In this document: in pieces, positions 52,001 to 64,000 of the stretch | How positions within the stretch are numbered: position 1 is the first letter of the stretch | How the letters are laid out: each line of letters opens with the position of its first letter | Source of the DNA: Ylistrum balloti | Lineage: Eukaryota | Length of the DNA stretch: 64,000 bases | Direction of reading: 5' to 3' | Assembly (NCBI RefSeq): GCF_031769215.1 | Contig: NW_026781977.1 | Location: forward strand, 868,001 to 932,000 | Translations under genes and position numbers: made by a program | Notes under the pieces: generated by a model | What the model was told of the DNA's origin: nothing | Databases searched by the model: none | Seen by the model: the letters and a program-made list of their open reading frames with translations, nothing else

Positions 52001-52743
52001 AGGGCTCCCTTATGTTGTTCAGCGAGTTGGTCACCAGCTAATACAAGGAAATACGTATCAGTGACTTTGACAATAAGAAAATTGATCACTTGGGAAGGAC
52101 TTTTTAATCAGTGAACTGTAGGCCTATATGTAGGGAATTTGGCCATATTATCATATGAAGTATGAATGGGTCCTACAGAGCTACCAGAAAAAGTCGTAAT
52201 CATGTATACAAGCTGATGCTTATGCTGTTTTTATTGGATTAACAAAAATGTTAAAAACACCAATATGATCCAAATTGTTTAAAGTGAAACCCACCATTTT
52301 AACCTGTGAATGTAAAGTTTAATATTTACAATATTATTCTAAACACAGATTTTGTGAACATTAAGTTAGTTCTACTTGTCATATCTTAGAAATGCTCTGG
52401 AATTTACAGCAGAATAGTGTTATTTATCAGACAAGAAACTGATGCCTCGAAATAAGCTGTCTCATAAATGTTGATATCAGTAAATGTATTGCCATTTAAT
52501 AAGCCAATTTCTTTAAGTAAAAAGTAATGTATCAGTCCTCTTTGCTAGTTGCCAAATGAACATATATGACTGTTACATAAGCTGAACACTAGTCCTTGGT
52601 GTCAGACTTATCAAGTAATTTAGTTGTATAAATGCCATTATTCGACTGTCAAGTATATGTAACTCTTCTACTTCATATAATATGTGTATTAATATGAAAT
52701 GTTTCAATTATTTTGTAGATTGGAGTGATAGAATAACACCATA

Positions 52744-53872
52744 ATGACAAACGTTTTAGGTGTAGACAAGATCCAGGATTCCCTTGGCTATCTTGTTCTT
52801 ACTGATGATGGTGCGGTACTTAGTGTAAGTTTATCCAGGTTTTAATTTGTTGTCACAAGTTTATGTCATTTTCTAGCTCTACTACATAAGACTGATAATA
52901 AATAAACAATCTCCCCAAATCAAAGACTATTTCCATTATTCTCTAACAATTATAGATCATCTGTAAATTTTTACAAAATTCTTCTTGATCTCTGACATTA
53001 ACCAAACACTCTCAGAATCAGGTAAAATTTGGAAATGTATGGACAGTTGTATTTGGCAGATGAAAAATTAATTAAATCTTCAAAATTTTCATTTAGAAAA
53101 AAAAAATGTCTTAAATTTCCATGTATATGAAAACTATTAAATGAATTCTCCAATTTTTGGGAGAGAATGTTTTTTTCCCCAAAATGATAAGTAAATACCC
53201 TGATAGCTGGTCTACACTCTTCAGTTTTAATGATAAAGATGTTGCAAATGTTATTATCTTATACAGAAGTACATTCTTAATATACATGGATTATTTTTTT
53301 TCCAGTCAGGAGGAGAACTGCAGAATGCAGAGTCCATTGCAGAGAAAATGACAAAGCTTGTGTACACTGCATCCAAGATACAAGTGACATCAGATAAACG
53401 AGAAGTCTTCAAAAGGATTTCAGGTATGTTCTGAAATTAGGAACCTGTTCACTTATACATACCAATCAATTTGTCTACATTCTACAGTTGAAATTAAATG
53501 CTGAAATCATGATGAACTTGCACAATCATGTTTTATAAACAAATCCATCTGATTATTAAAAATATATGAAATTTTCACTTAGATAGTTCATATATTATTG
53601 TTTCAGCTGGTACCAATAAATTCTAATTTATATGATAATAGATAGTTGATATGTGTCAAATTATCACTTTGGATAATGAAATTTTCATGTTAGGGTTCAC
53701 AATGTTCTAATTCATAAGTTTGACAGTTTTGCTGTAAGAGTTACTTCTCTTAGATTGATGTTTTCATATTTCAGTGATCTGGGATAGTTTTATGTATGTG
53801 GTGACAGTAGCTAATCATCGAATCTACGTGTGTAAGCGACCGTACATGCCACAGGAACCTGTAGTCACATAG
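52744..53872 (+). CDS. LAMTOR4: Ragulator complex protein LAMTOR4, 98 aa, 3 coding exons
   Basis: Exons 52744-52824, 53306-53423 and 53775-53872: MTNVLGVDKIQDSLGYLVLTDDGAVLS SGGELQNAESIAEKMTKLVYTASKIQVTSDKREVFKRISV IWDSFMYVVTVANHRIYVCKRPYMPQEPVVT. Matches the LAMTOR4 signature LGYLVL..GAVL.S.G.L.N.E...FKR.SV. Confidence 0.93.
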
Positions 53873-53958
53873 TGTCAAAAAAAAAACCCAGGAACTTTTT
53901 AAGTCCCAAAGTGACAATGGAACCCAAAATTACAACATTGCCATATTATAGGAGCTGG

Positions 53959-54186
53959 CAGTAACAATGATGACAAAGGAAGCAGTCACAGTGATGGCAT
54001 AGGAAATAGTCAGTGTGATGACACAGGGAGTAGTCACAGTGATGACACAGGAAATAGTCACTGTGGTGACATAGAAAATAGTCACAGACATGACACAGGG
54101 ATTAGTCACTGTGATGACACAGGGAGTAGTCACTGTGATGACACAGGGAGTAGTCACAGTGATGACACAGGGAGTAGTCACAGTGT
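53959..54186. repeat. 24-bp minisatellite, about 9.5 copies, just after the LAMTOR4 stop
   Basis: Unit tagtcac(a/t)gtgatgacacagggag. Confidence 0.93.
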
Positions 54187-56384
54187 CAACCTATCTCAAG
54201 TTCTGACAAACAAGATTTACAGGCATTTCCTTCAGAGAGATATCAACTGAAACATTTTGTTCTGATTCTGACATCATACTTCAAATATTTTTTAAACTGC
54301 ACTTGTGAGCCAAATTTTTAAAATTCTATCTGTGACATTGGTAACTTGTTTACATGAAACACTGCTGTTTTGACTCTTAGGCAGTATCAGTGAAACCTAA
54401 TCTGTTGGCTGTACAGGCAATATTCATAAAACAAATATCTGTTTCAAGTAAATAAAAAATAGACATTTCTGTGACTGCTTGTGTGGATGTGAAATTGAAA
54501 TTAGACACCAGCATGTGCATTTAGACAGGATGGCAGGATGTAAATTAACGAGACAATTTTTTGTTGTAAGAAAGATGGTATGTGTGAATCATATGAAAGA
54601 ATGTTGATACATACAGATAGGAATATTTAAAATGTGCTGAAATGTTTCCATATTAAAATGTGATTTATTGGTTATTTTTGTTTAGTCTTATTTTCCTTGA
54701 ATAAAGTTGTTATGACTTGTGTGATGATGTATCATCAATAATGTTCTTTGTATCATAAATACTGGTATTAGTCATTAAAGATAAGATAGGATATGTGAAT
54801 TATCACCCGTAACATGAGTCAGTACTGTTAAATAACAGGGACATGAGAATCGATGACTAAGAATTGGTTTGAATTTGTTTGTAATTAAACCAACTACATT
54901 GACATGGGAGATGATAACAATGTAAATGTTTCGATTCAACCAAGGTACAGAGTGTATGTTCAAATGTTTGGCTATGGTAGGACTTAAGGACATATTGGTT
55001 TTATTTGTGACAATCCTCAAATGACTGAGACCTGACAGCATGTGTCATGTTATGTGTTTTTGTTAATGATTTGGACCTGTCCAGGTTATAGGGACTACAA
55101 TATGTACTATTGTATGTGGATAGAATGAAAAGGCAGTGTAATTTAGATAGCAAGATAATAAAAAAGGAGATATCTTGATCAGACTGCTGCGAGGTTTTTT
55201 ACCAGTGGATACCTCACTTTACCAAATCTTACCTATATTTTTATAGGTGTTTATCTATCTATGTTTATCAATAAACTGACACATCACTGCCAGTTTGTAA
55301 CCTCAGGTGAAGATTAGAAGCATGTAGTCTGAGGCTCCCTAATCGTAAAGGTTTGTAGTTTTCAGGAAGCAAAGAAATGATTGGTCTGTTAATTGGGCAA
55401 GGCTCTTTTCTCTAATTGCTCTGAATGTCATGGGCCTTCAGTATCTTGTTCAGTGAGGTAGCCTCCAACTACTACAAGGAGACCCTGCCTCAGAATTACC
55501 CTGGTTGTTCATGGGGCGATAAGCCCAACAAATGAACTGGGACTTCATCAACAATATATTGACACAAATGTACTTTAATTCATATTTAATTTGAACCTGA
55601 CAAACAGCCAATATCTGCTTTAAAAAGTTTGACCATAACAGACATCACTTAGGCTTAATTCATCAGTATGATGTACTTTACAGAAACGAGAGAAAATAAA
55701 CACATTAACGGAAGACAAAACGTAGTCATGATAATGACCTTCTGTCTCAGTTTTATAGGCAGTCTGAGTGTGCATGATTATAGTGTTGAATTGCCTACTC
55801 TGGTGGCAAGATAGCCTGCATACATGGTGTGATGTATGTAACAATAGGTTGATTAAATTGTAACTATTTATTGCTCTCATGGTGCTATGAGTAAAACTGG
55901 TCTTGTCAGCAACAATGTCTAGACTTATAGGAGTATGTCATAACAAGATTAAAACCTAGTTGTTTTCTACGTGATTGTTTCAAGACAAATCAAGCAGAAA
56001 AATAAATGTAGCTCAATTCATATATAGTCCATGAATATTTAGAATAAAAAGCATAATTTTATATTGATGCTATCATGCTTCCTTTTGAATGCTTGTAAGT
56101 GGTCACAGGTACACATGATTTTAGCCCCAATTAGTTATGACGAATTCAAAAGTTGTAGAGATGAGAGGTATCTGGAAATTGAAACCTTTGGAATCTGATG
56201 ATGCATTTTAAAGTTTTTTTGTGGTGTTTTTTTCATATTGTGTTGCAAGCTTTGATTATTTACTACATTTTAAGCGATAGATTAAATAATATGCAGCAAT
56301 ATTACACTCATATAGGACCATGAACAATGAATGTTATATAGTATAGAATAATGTATGGTCAGATAGTGAAGACACAGCATGTTG

Positions 56385-56700
56385 TTTTTGTGTTGTCTGT
56401 TGTCAACTTTAACCTTGCCCATAATTATTGCACTATAAGAGGTAGGGCTTTCATATTTGACAGGTGTCTCTTGTGATAAGACCTTTTCAGTGGTACCAAA
56501 AGTTTTGACCAAGGCCATGAAATTTGATCCACATTTGAAATAACTATGACCATTGCTTTCATATTTGGCATTTGTGTTCCTTGTGACAGGACCTTTTCCG
56601 TGGTGCCAAAATTTTTCACCATGTGACCTTGACTGTGACCATTGCCCTACATTTGAAAGTGGAAAAAGGCCCGGATACCATAATGAAGACAAAAGTTTTT
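56385..56700 (-). mobile_element. pearl/HINE-like element fragment
   Basis: Duplicated gctttcatattt...gtgacaggacctttt...gtggt(a/g)ccaaaa core and tgaccttga motifs, in reverse orientation relative to the 41590 element. Confidence 0.55.
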
Positions 56701-57664
56701 CACAAAATGTTCATGCCATTAGCACATGTCTTACACAGCACAGTTTCAATATCCCACTTCAGAAATTTGTTGCAACTGGGGGCAAAGTGTTTCTTAAACA
56801 CATCTTGTTGTTCTTGCAATCCACTTCAATGTAGATATTGAAGCGGTAGATTGATTTTAGCACTTTTCATGCTGAAAGTATTGCGTTAACATAGCATTGC
56901 GCAAATTGCAGTTCACAAATTATGTTTATATAGGAAACATCGTGGTTTAAGAAATTCATAATTTCGATAATTTGATAAAAATGACAAAAAACAAACAAAT
57001 AAAAAAGAAAAATAAATAAACGCAAAATAAAAATTAAAAAATGAGAATGTGCTAAAATTTGATTACACCAAAATTAGTACATGGTGTATAAATATATATG
57101 TTTCATAAAGAAAATGAAATAATCATTTGTAAAATTTCAAACTTTATCCAATAACAACGAGACTTGGAGAACATCTCTGTAGTGCCGTCTACATCGATTG
57201 TACTTTTATGATAAGTAGTTACTCACGTGAGGTATGATGATAAATTATTTTTTGATAGTTCATGTTAATTGACGAAAGGACATTTTAACAGAAAATCTGA
57301 CAAGTGCTTTTTTCGCTAATGGATGAGTTGACATTTTCCAAGATTACAGGAAAAAAATGAAAATAATTTATGAATTTTCTGTCTTAAAGAAGGAAGATAG
57401 AGAGACAAGATAAGATTTGAAAAAGGACATATACACTATTTGCAATCTTCAAAAACCCGGAGTTCTGCCAAGGATGATGATATACAACAACGAGAGAGAG
57501 AGAGAAAAGAGAAGGCATGCTGAGTGGCGATGAAGGGTGGTGTCTGCTTGGGGGGTCCAAATTACACCTCGTACATAGGTAAACTGTTTTCTTAGCCATA
57601 ACATGGTCGGTGCGCACGTTTTACAATTAAACAGTTAAAAGAAGATAAAAGGGATAATCTAACA

Positions 57665-57896
57665 TACAGAAACCACTCTTTACGAGCACGTACATCTAAT
57701 TTGTAATTCTGAGTGATTACACAAACAATTAGAACTAATAATACAGATAAAATAAATGTCATTTATTTTTCGTTAAATAATCGAAAGTTTTCAAGGACAC
57801 ATAAATATATATACAAAAAACAGGACTGAAAAAAAGTGCTCGTAATAGCGGGGTGGTCGTATTTTTGAGGTGGTCGTTAGGTGAGGTTTCACTGTA
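57665..57896. mobile_element. Tc1/pogo-type MITE
   Basis: Termini tacag(--)aaacc / ggtttcactgta and internal inverted tacgagcac / gtgctcgta. Confidence 0.5.
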
Positions 57897-58599
57897 TATG
57901 GAAGCTTATCATCAAAGCTTATTTAGCATAACGAAGTGTACATTTCTTTTCAAATAACATATTAACGAACCTGAACTAGTTTTAACTATTATGATCGCAC
58001 ACTTGTTGATATATCTATTTTTAGATGTATTTATTATTAACTTTTATATCATTTTCTCGTTACATTGAATCAGCAGTAACAACAAGCACGTAATTGAAAT
58101 TGGATATAGAAACAAGTTTTACAATTTATGTAAATCCAACTCCAGTTAGAGAAAACGCAATCTAAATCAAGGACATAAAATACCATAGTATGTGAGAAGA
58201 GAAAAAAAAGTAATGCTCATAGGATATTGTCTATAGGAGTAGAGGAGGGAGAAAGGGGGTCGCTCAGACATACCATAATACAAATCTGAAATATATACTA
58301 AGTGCAATATATATAAAGTTCACAGTGAATAAAAGACCTAGACATGCGTGTATTGAAAGAAAATAACGAACACTCATTCAAATTTTCGATCCGAGGATAA
58401 AATTTTGCGTACACGAAAAAAAAAATAGCGCATTTTCATCGTTTGATAACTCTTCATCACAGAATTAGAGCAATTTAGTTGGAATTGGGCGATTTATTGC
58501 AGCAAAGGCACGTGCACGCATTTGACGGGAAAGACTGCTATGTAACAAATAGTGTTCATTAGTCTCTTCGTTTTCCTTTCACGAACATTAAGAGCTATC

Positions 58600-59750
58600 A
58601 AGGAGATTTCTACAATATAAGTTGAATCTTAAAGAGCTACACTCCTATCTTAATCTAGAGTGGTGGATTTGATCCATCCTGCTACCGATATAATAGAAAG
58701 GTTATACTTTGTGGGAACGATCAAAGAGACGATTTTTAAGTCTAAGAATCGGTGGATCATTTTAAATTAAGTCTGACAAGGAATTCCAAAGTTTACTTTC
58801 AGAAGGCAGAAAAGACAGGGACTTGGGCGACCCGTCACGGGTATGGTGATCGTGGATACGGTTGTTACGTTAGGAAGGATGTCTTGTATGTATTGTGGGG
58901 CGAGACTGTGAATCATTTTTTGAAAACAGAAACAGGTACTTTTATGATATTAGCGTCTTTGTTCCAATGGCAACCAGTCTGTTTCTACATTTAATTTTGC
59001 TTTGCTAGTTAGCCTTGTGTCACCACTAACTATACACACTGCTTCTAATCGGAGATCTTCCACTAAGCCTGATAGGGCTTTAATTAGATTGTCCCAAACA
59101 CTATCACCATACTCTAACACAAGCCGAATGAGGAAGAAATACATAGTTTGAAGACATCTGCGATCTAATGTAAATTTAAATTTCCTCAAAATGTAAATTT
59201 CGGGTAAGATCTTCAATTTAATGTAAACATGTTCGTTCCAGTAACCATTCCCTGACGACAACAACAGGTCAAGATGTTGTGTGAAGCAACTTCAGTAATG
59301 TGAATATGACAGTATTATTCGTGAAAAGGTAAGACTAGAGAGGGGTAATATATTTCCTATTTATTAAAACAGTTTCAATTTCAGCAGAGTTAAAATTTCC
59401 AACAATTTCTCGGACCAATCATGGATTTTACTAAGGTCGTTATTCAAAATGTCGGCACCGACTCTTGATGAGTCAATGACGGTGTACAAGGAGTTGTCGT
59501 CTGCTAATAATTTTGTGATTGTATTTGTATCTTGAGCAATATCAATGATAAGAATTAAGAACAAAAGAGGCCCAAGAATGGAGCCCTGGTGAACACCAGC
59601 TTTCACTTCAGACCAATTTGAACTTTTGCCGTTGACAACGGCTCTCTGTTTACAATTATAAATATAATTTTCAAACCAATTTAGTAGTGAGTCCCGAATT
59701 CCAAAGCTTGAAAGTTTCAGAAGAAGACCCTTGTGCCAAACCCGGCGTAC
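58600..59750 (-). mobile_element. 5'-truncated, degenerate CR1/L2-type LINE (reverse transcriptase 3' half)
   Basis: Minus-strand translation: RVWHKGLLLKLSSFGIRDSLLNWFENY...QRAVVNG..S.W..VKAGVHQGSILGPLLFLI..DI...KLLADDNSLY, then ...LEYGDSVW..., MIHSLAPQYIQDILP and SFLPS.SKLWNSL. Contains frameshifts; the left boundary is approximate. Confidence 0.88.
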
Positions 59751-61029
59751 TTCAAATTATCATCGGTATAAAAATCCGTTTAAGAAGCGAAACCTTAATT
59801 TACGTTTCCAATGGCACAATATTGGAGCATCAGACAGGTGAATACTAGCTGTATGTGGATGTTATAGGTCCCATCATGTGATACTGAGAGTTAATTTATA
59901 TTGTACGTGTGACAGGGCGTTACATATCTTTATGCTTGATTATTTTCTGTTATCATTTGTGATGTGTACATTTGTGCGCGTGTATATGAAAATATAACTT
60001 GAACACGACAACTACATAATGGATAATCATGGTATTTAATTTCTCTTATCGCTGATTCTTTAAAAAGAAAAGTACATCTTTATGAAGTTTATGTAGAGGT
60101 TATCTGAAATTTCAATATAAAACTATCAACACATAGGATTAATTTGTTCAACGTTAGTTATATAATATAGAAAATATTGAAGGATAAAATTGAATGTGGA
60201 CAATTTCTTTCTTACATAATATATCATATGAATGCAATGGACATATTGAAAATATTAAAACCCGATGCATATGGGATCATGGAGAGTAATGTTCTCTGAA
60301 ACATTTAAACAGGCCATTGTGTACAACAAAATTTTAACATTGACCAAGAAAAGGCAAGTTTAGATTAAAACATTAAAGTTCAAGATTGCTTCGGTTACAT
60401 CTGACCGAAACAAAAATTCAAATAGGCACAAATAGTGCCTTGGCACACCGAATGGAACATCACAAAAACTGCCAGATCTTCCTCTTCCATCATTCGACTA
60501 CCCTCAACATCCTTCTCTGAGGACAGGAAATGAATCTGAAATATCAACAACACTGTCAGTGGTAGATATAATCTAACGGAAAACTGTACGCTACCTTTTG
60601 TTCGTTAGTTTACTTTTAACAATGAATCCGTCAACAACTAAAACCGGAGCCAAAAATTTTCATTCAATATATAAAACAACTAAACGACGGAAAAAGGATA
60701 TCGCAGCATCTCTACTTAATAAGACGTATTTGAGGATTGAATGTATTGTAATATTGTATCTGTGATCACTGATAAATGTTCTTCTAATAACTTATAAATA
60801 AACATTCCTAACTCTTACACCATCTCTCGGGATTAATTGCAGTCATATAGACATGAACGCATTTCTGTCAATGATACGTTTATTCTTTTCTTCCTGCGTC
60901 AAATAAACGTTTCTCTCAATGGATAGCAAATATTAAAACATAGTTTTAGAGGAAGAGTAGGACACAAATCTACCTTCTTATCAACATCTGTCAACCTTTT
61001 TCATCCTGATGAATACCCTACCTACATAC

Positions 61030-62002
61030 CTAGCGAGGAACTGGGTACCAATAGTTGATCTGGCGCTGGATACAAAGTGGAAACAGCACCATGTGCTTCT
61101 CTTCAAACTGGTGACAGAATTTCCTCTGCCAGTAGAGGTCATCTCGGGGAAGCTCTTTTGTAAGCACCATGGACAACTCGAGTCCATAGTTGAACAATTC
61201 CATTGCTTTTGCTCGGGCGGCGAAATTGGCTTTGTTCCTCTTCCGAGATCCGGAGGGCTTCCACAAAGATCTTCGTTTGACCTGACAGGGTACAGTTCCG
61301 CAGTGAGGACAGCGTGCAGGACCTAGACAAGAACATGACGTGTACATCATGATAGAGGAAATAGGATGTAAAGTAAATATAACAAAAAGAGGACGGAATC
61401 TCATCAGACAATATTACTTACGAGTCCTCCATTCGTGGATCATCGACATCATGATTGAGTATCCCTTTCTGACACGTCTCCCAATGGCTGGAGCGTTCCT
61501 TAACAGCAGGCTTACAAGGGCACAGAGAAGAGTACACAACATCTCATTGCCAATTCGCTGAAATGAATTAAACATGCATTAAATCTATTTTCCGAATATA
61601 AATAGTGATTGTTACAGACAATAGATAGACTGAAATCGTCAGAGATAAAGAAGATCATATCCTTACCATTGTAATATCGACAGGCCTTGGACAAACTTTC
61701 TCGAATTCCGTTGCGGTGAAATAGTGGTAAAATCTTTGGACATATCCGGGCTCGGGCTCAACGCTGAATGGAAAAGAATTTTAAAGGTGAAATGTTTCTT
61801 TAAATAAATGTAGCATTATTTTAGTAAGCTCTCGATAGCATTGGATTCTACTTAGAATATCGTGCGTCCGCCAAACTAGTCAAGATATTGACATCATAAA
61901 GAAAACTTGCTTAACTTACCATACAAGGCACTGGTATACACCGGGACCTTGTTGCATTACGCTCAGCATTACCACAAATAGCAGGAATAACCTTATATCC
62001 AT
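61030..62002 (-). CDS. Uncharacterised 202-aa predicted single-pass membrane protein with Cys/His cytoplasmic domain
   Basis: Exons 62002-61920, 61763-61667, 61557-61422 and 61322-61030; canonical GT-AG sites, phases 2/0/1 consistent, 609 nt in total. Signal-like MDIRLFLLFVVMLSVM, hydrophobic MLCTLLCALVSLLL followed by basic RRVRK, then CPHCGTVPC...PLCIQRQINYWYPVP. Confidence 0.72.
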
Positions 62003-62074
62003 TGTGGTAAGCCAAAAGTTTACAATAAAAAGTAAAATTCAGGGGAGAGACTCATCATCTCCGCCTTCACTGAT

Positions 62075-62153
62075 TGCTAAGCAGCTTAGCAACTGAAGTA
62101 TGACGTCACAAATGGCTTCTAATTATGACGTCATGCATATGTTTATGAATTAA
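62075..62153. promoter_or_regulatory. Palindromic elements upstream of the 202-aa gene
   Basis: ttgctaagcagcttagcaa palindrome (about 62075-93) and two TGACGTCA CRE sites (62101 and about 62127). Confidence 0.35.
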
Positions 62154-62383
62154 TGAGGGGTAAACTGTTGCCGTTGACGCTACGAATGTTACTCTGCTGA
62201 ACCAAGAAGTATAATTGGGATCCCCGAATCATCTTACATTCTATTCAGCAATATCTATGGTTCCTGTTAATCTTGGCCTAATATTTCTTACGCATATTTA
62301 GACTGAATGGAACAGTTCATCACATGTATAAACATTGACGTAATTATGTCACATGTAACAAAATCTCATCAAAACAACAGAAT

Positions 62384-62480
62384 AGAGAGAGAGGGTTGGA
62401 GAGAGCGAGAGAGAGAGGGGGGAGAGAGAGAGACGGACAGACAGACTGACAGACGGACGGACGGAGAGACAGACAGACAG
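62384..62480. repeat. Compound (GA)n/(GACA)n/(GACG)n microsatellite
   Basis: Read directly. Confidence 0.95.
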
Positions 62481-62744
62481 CAAGTTATAAGTAGTCAAAT
62501 GAAAGAAGAAAATTTTATCTTTTAAACCGACTGCTAATATTATTTGAGTCCTGTGACACATGATCAGTGGTCGGGGCGAAACAATTTCTAAAATATCCGC
62601 AAATATGAAACTTTGCGCTAGAAAACGATATTTGGTACATGTCTTATGTATTCATCTACTTTATACGAATAAATTATTTTAAGAATGAAAAGAAAATGTA
62701 TGTATATGAAAATATCCAAGGTGAGCTTCGAACTCTTGACTCAC

Positions 62745-62866
62745 TACCGATCACCTCGTCACGGTTCGCCTCTACTTTCATTTTACGATTACCTAGCCTT
62801 GTCATTGATGAATTCCCATGCAACTCATTCGTATGGGTTATATTATACATCTTCCAGATCTGTGAA
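62745..62866 (-). other. Candidate 122-nt exon (open frame ...MYNITHTNELHG...DEVIG)
   Basis: Acceptor tatttcag and donor gta|gtgagt; stop-free in one frame; host transcript uncertain. Confidence 0.4.
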
Positions 62867-63169
62867 CTGAAAATACTGATGAACAATTTGATTTAAATTG
62901 CTTCAAACATATCTTATTGCACATAAGTAGCAATAGGATTTTACAACTTATATAAAGCCCTTTCAAATATATTAATACACACACATTATATTTACAAGGT
63001 GGTAGTATGATATAAACATACAAACAATTGTAATCATGTTTAGAGAAAACGAGTGGGTGGTGGAGGAGGCGTATAACACGTACTTTGTATGTTTAGAATA
63101 CACTGTATATATGTAGATCATGCATCTATCACAAAACAGGTGATACACTGCCCACATGTCTAAACTCAC

Positions 63170-63290
63170 AACTTGTCAATGTCTATCACTTCCCGTGACC
63201 AACAAACATTTGTTGCCAAATCAGTGTTCTACATCAACGCTAGTCTCTCAACGCCGCCATCTTGTTACCGCGAGCCAGGAAGCAGACGTC
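63170..63290 (-). promoter_or_regulatory. YY1-type promoter and candidate non-coding first exon
   Basis: Perfect YY1 consensus GCCGCCATCTT at 63253-63263, local CpG richness, and minus-strand donor |gtgagt at 63169. Confidence 0.45.
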
Positions 63291-64000
63291 GTTTGAACAT
63301 GATTTCGGGACTAAAACGTCATTTTCCCTAAAATTGTGTTTTTGTATTAAAAAGAAATTTATTTGATTGTAAAAAATAATCAAGTTTTACAATACTAAAT
63401 CTTTCAAACGTTAAGACGTCACAGACAACCCAACGAATATGGCAATGAAAGGAAAAGGTCGACACGCATTTTAAATAGCGTATATTTCATCAAGTAAACT
63501 TTGTACAATGTCCGCGATTGGTCAGATCGTCTAATCAAGTCACGATGTATTCAGATCAGTTGTAGTCAAGTCCCTACCGCCATGAGTAGAGATGAGTCGA
63601 ACTTGATCAAAGTCAATATTACCATCATATACCATAAATCGTGTTAAATATATATTGTCATTATGTCTGTGTCTCTGTCGCAGGATGTTCCTAGATGAGT
63701 AAATGGTGTAAGTATACAAATATAACGGTACCCTCAGCCTTGTGGGACTGGTTTACACGGACATTGAAATCGGAGTGGCAGGATAGATATCATGATGATG
63801 CTAATCACTTTTCCATTCTAATGATTTTTAAAATGTCGTTATTTTGCACATACAAACACAGACTACGATGCAATATCGGGTTATAAGTACTTTTATACTT
63901 TCATATTTTTTTAATGGTTACCGGGGATAGACACGGCGACAATTTAAGTACAGTAATTGTATATGAATACTTATTAGCGATTAGCTTGTAATGAAAATAA

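Noticed and set aside
53930-54181. - strand ORF MTTPCVITVT...
   Set aside because: Translation of the 24-bp minisatellite.
63684-63707. 24-nt + strand exon candidate (cag|GATG...GGT|gtaagt)
   Set aside because: Good splice sites, but too short to assign and any partner exons lie outside the window.

Overview
AT-rich eukaryotic (spliceosomal-intron) genomic DNA. The repeat types suggest a mollusc, probably a bivalve (inference). Four multi-exon genes were rebuilt by hand with consistent splice phases. (1) A + strand secreted 162-aa Argos/giant-lens-like protein (17944-27102). (2) UVRAG on the - strand (17 coding exons, 51353 to 39038, 835 aa). (3) LAMTOR4 on the + strand (52744-53872, 98 aa), head-to-head with UVRAG across a short promoter that carries CLEAR/M-box-like motifs. 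(4) A compact, uncharacterised 202-aa predicted membrane protein with a CPHCGxxPC cytoplasmic domain (- strand, 62002 to 61030). The rest is intron or intergenic DNA with a decayed Tc1 transposon, a truncated CR1-type LINE, SINEs, pearl/HINE-like elements, MITEs and minisatellites. The most striking non-coding signal is a 45-bp tandem array of minimal type I hammerhead ribozyme motifs (21863-22020), one copy with an intact core, lying sense within intron 1 of the Argos-like gene, plus three decayed copies elsewhere in the window. Most ORFs in the supplied track are spurious.
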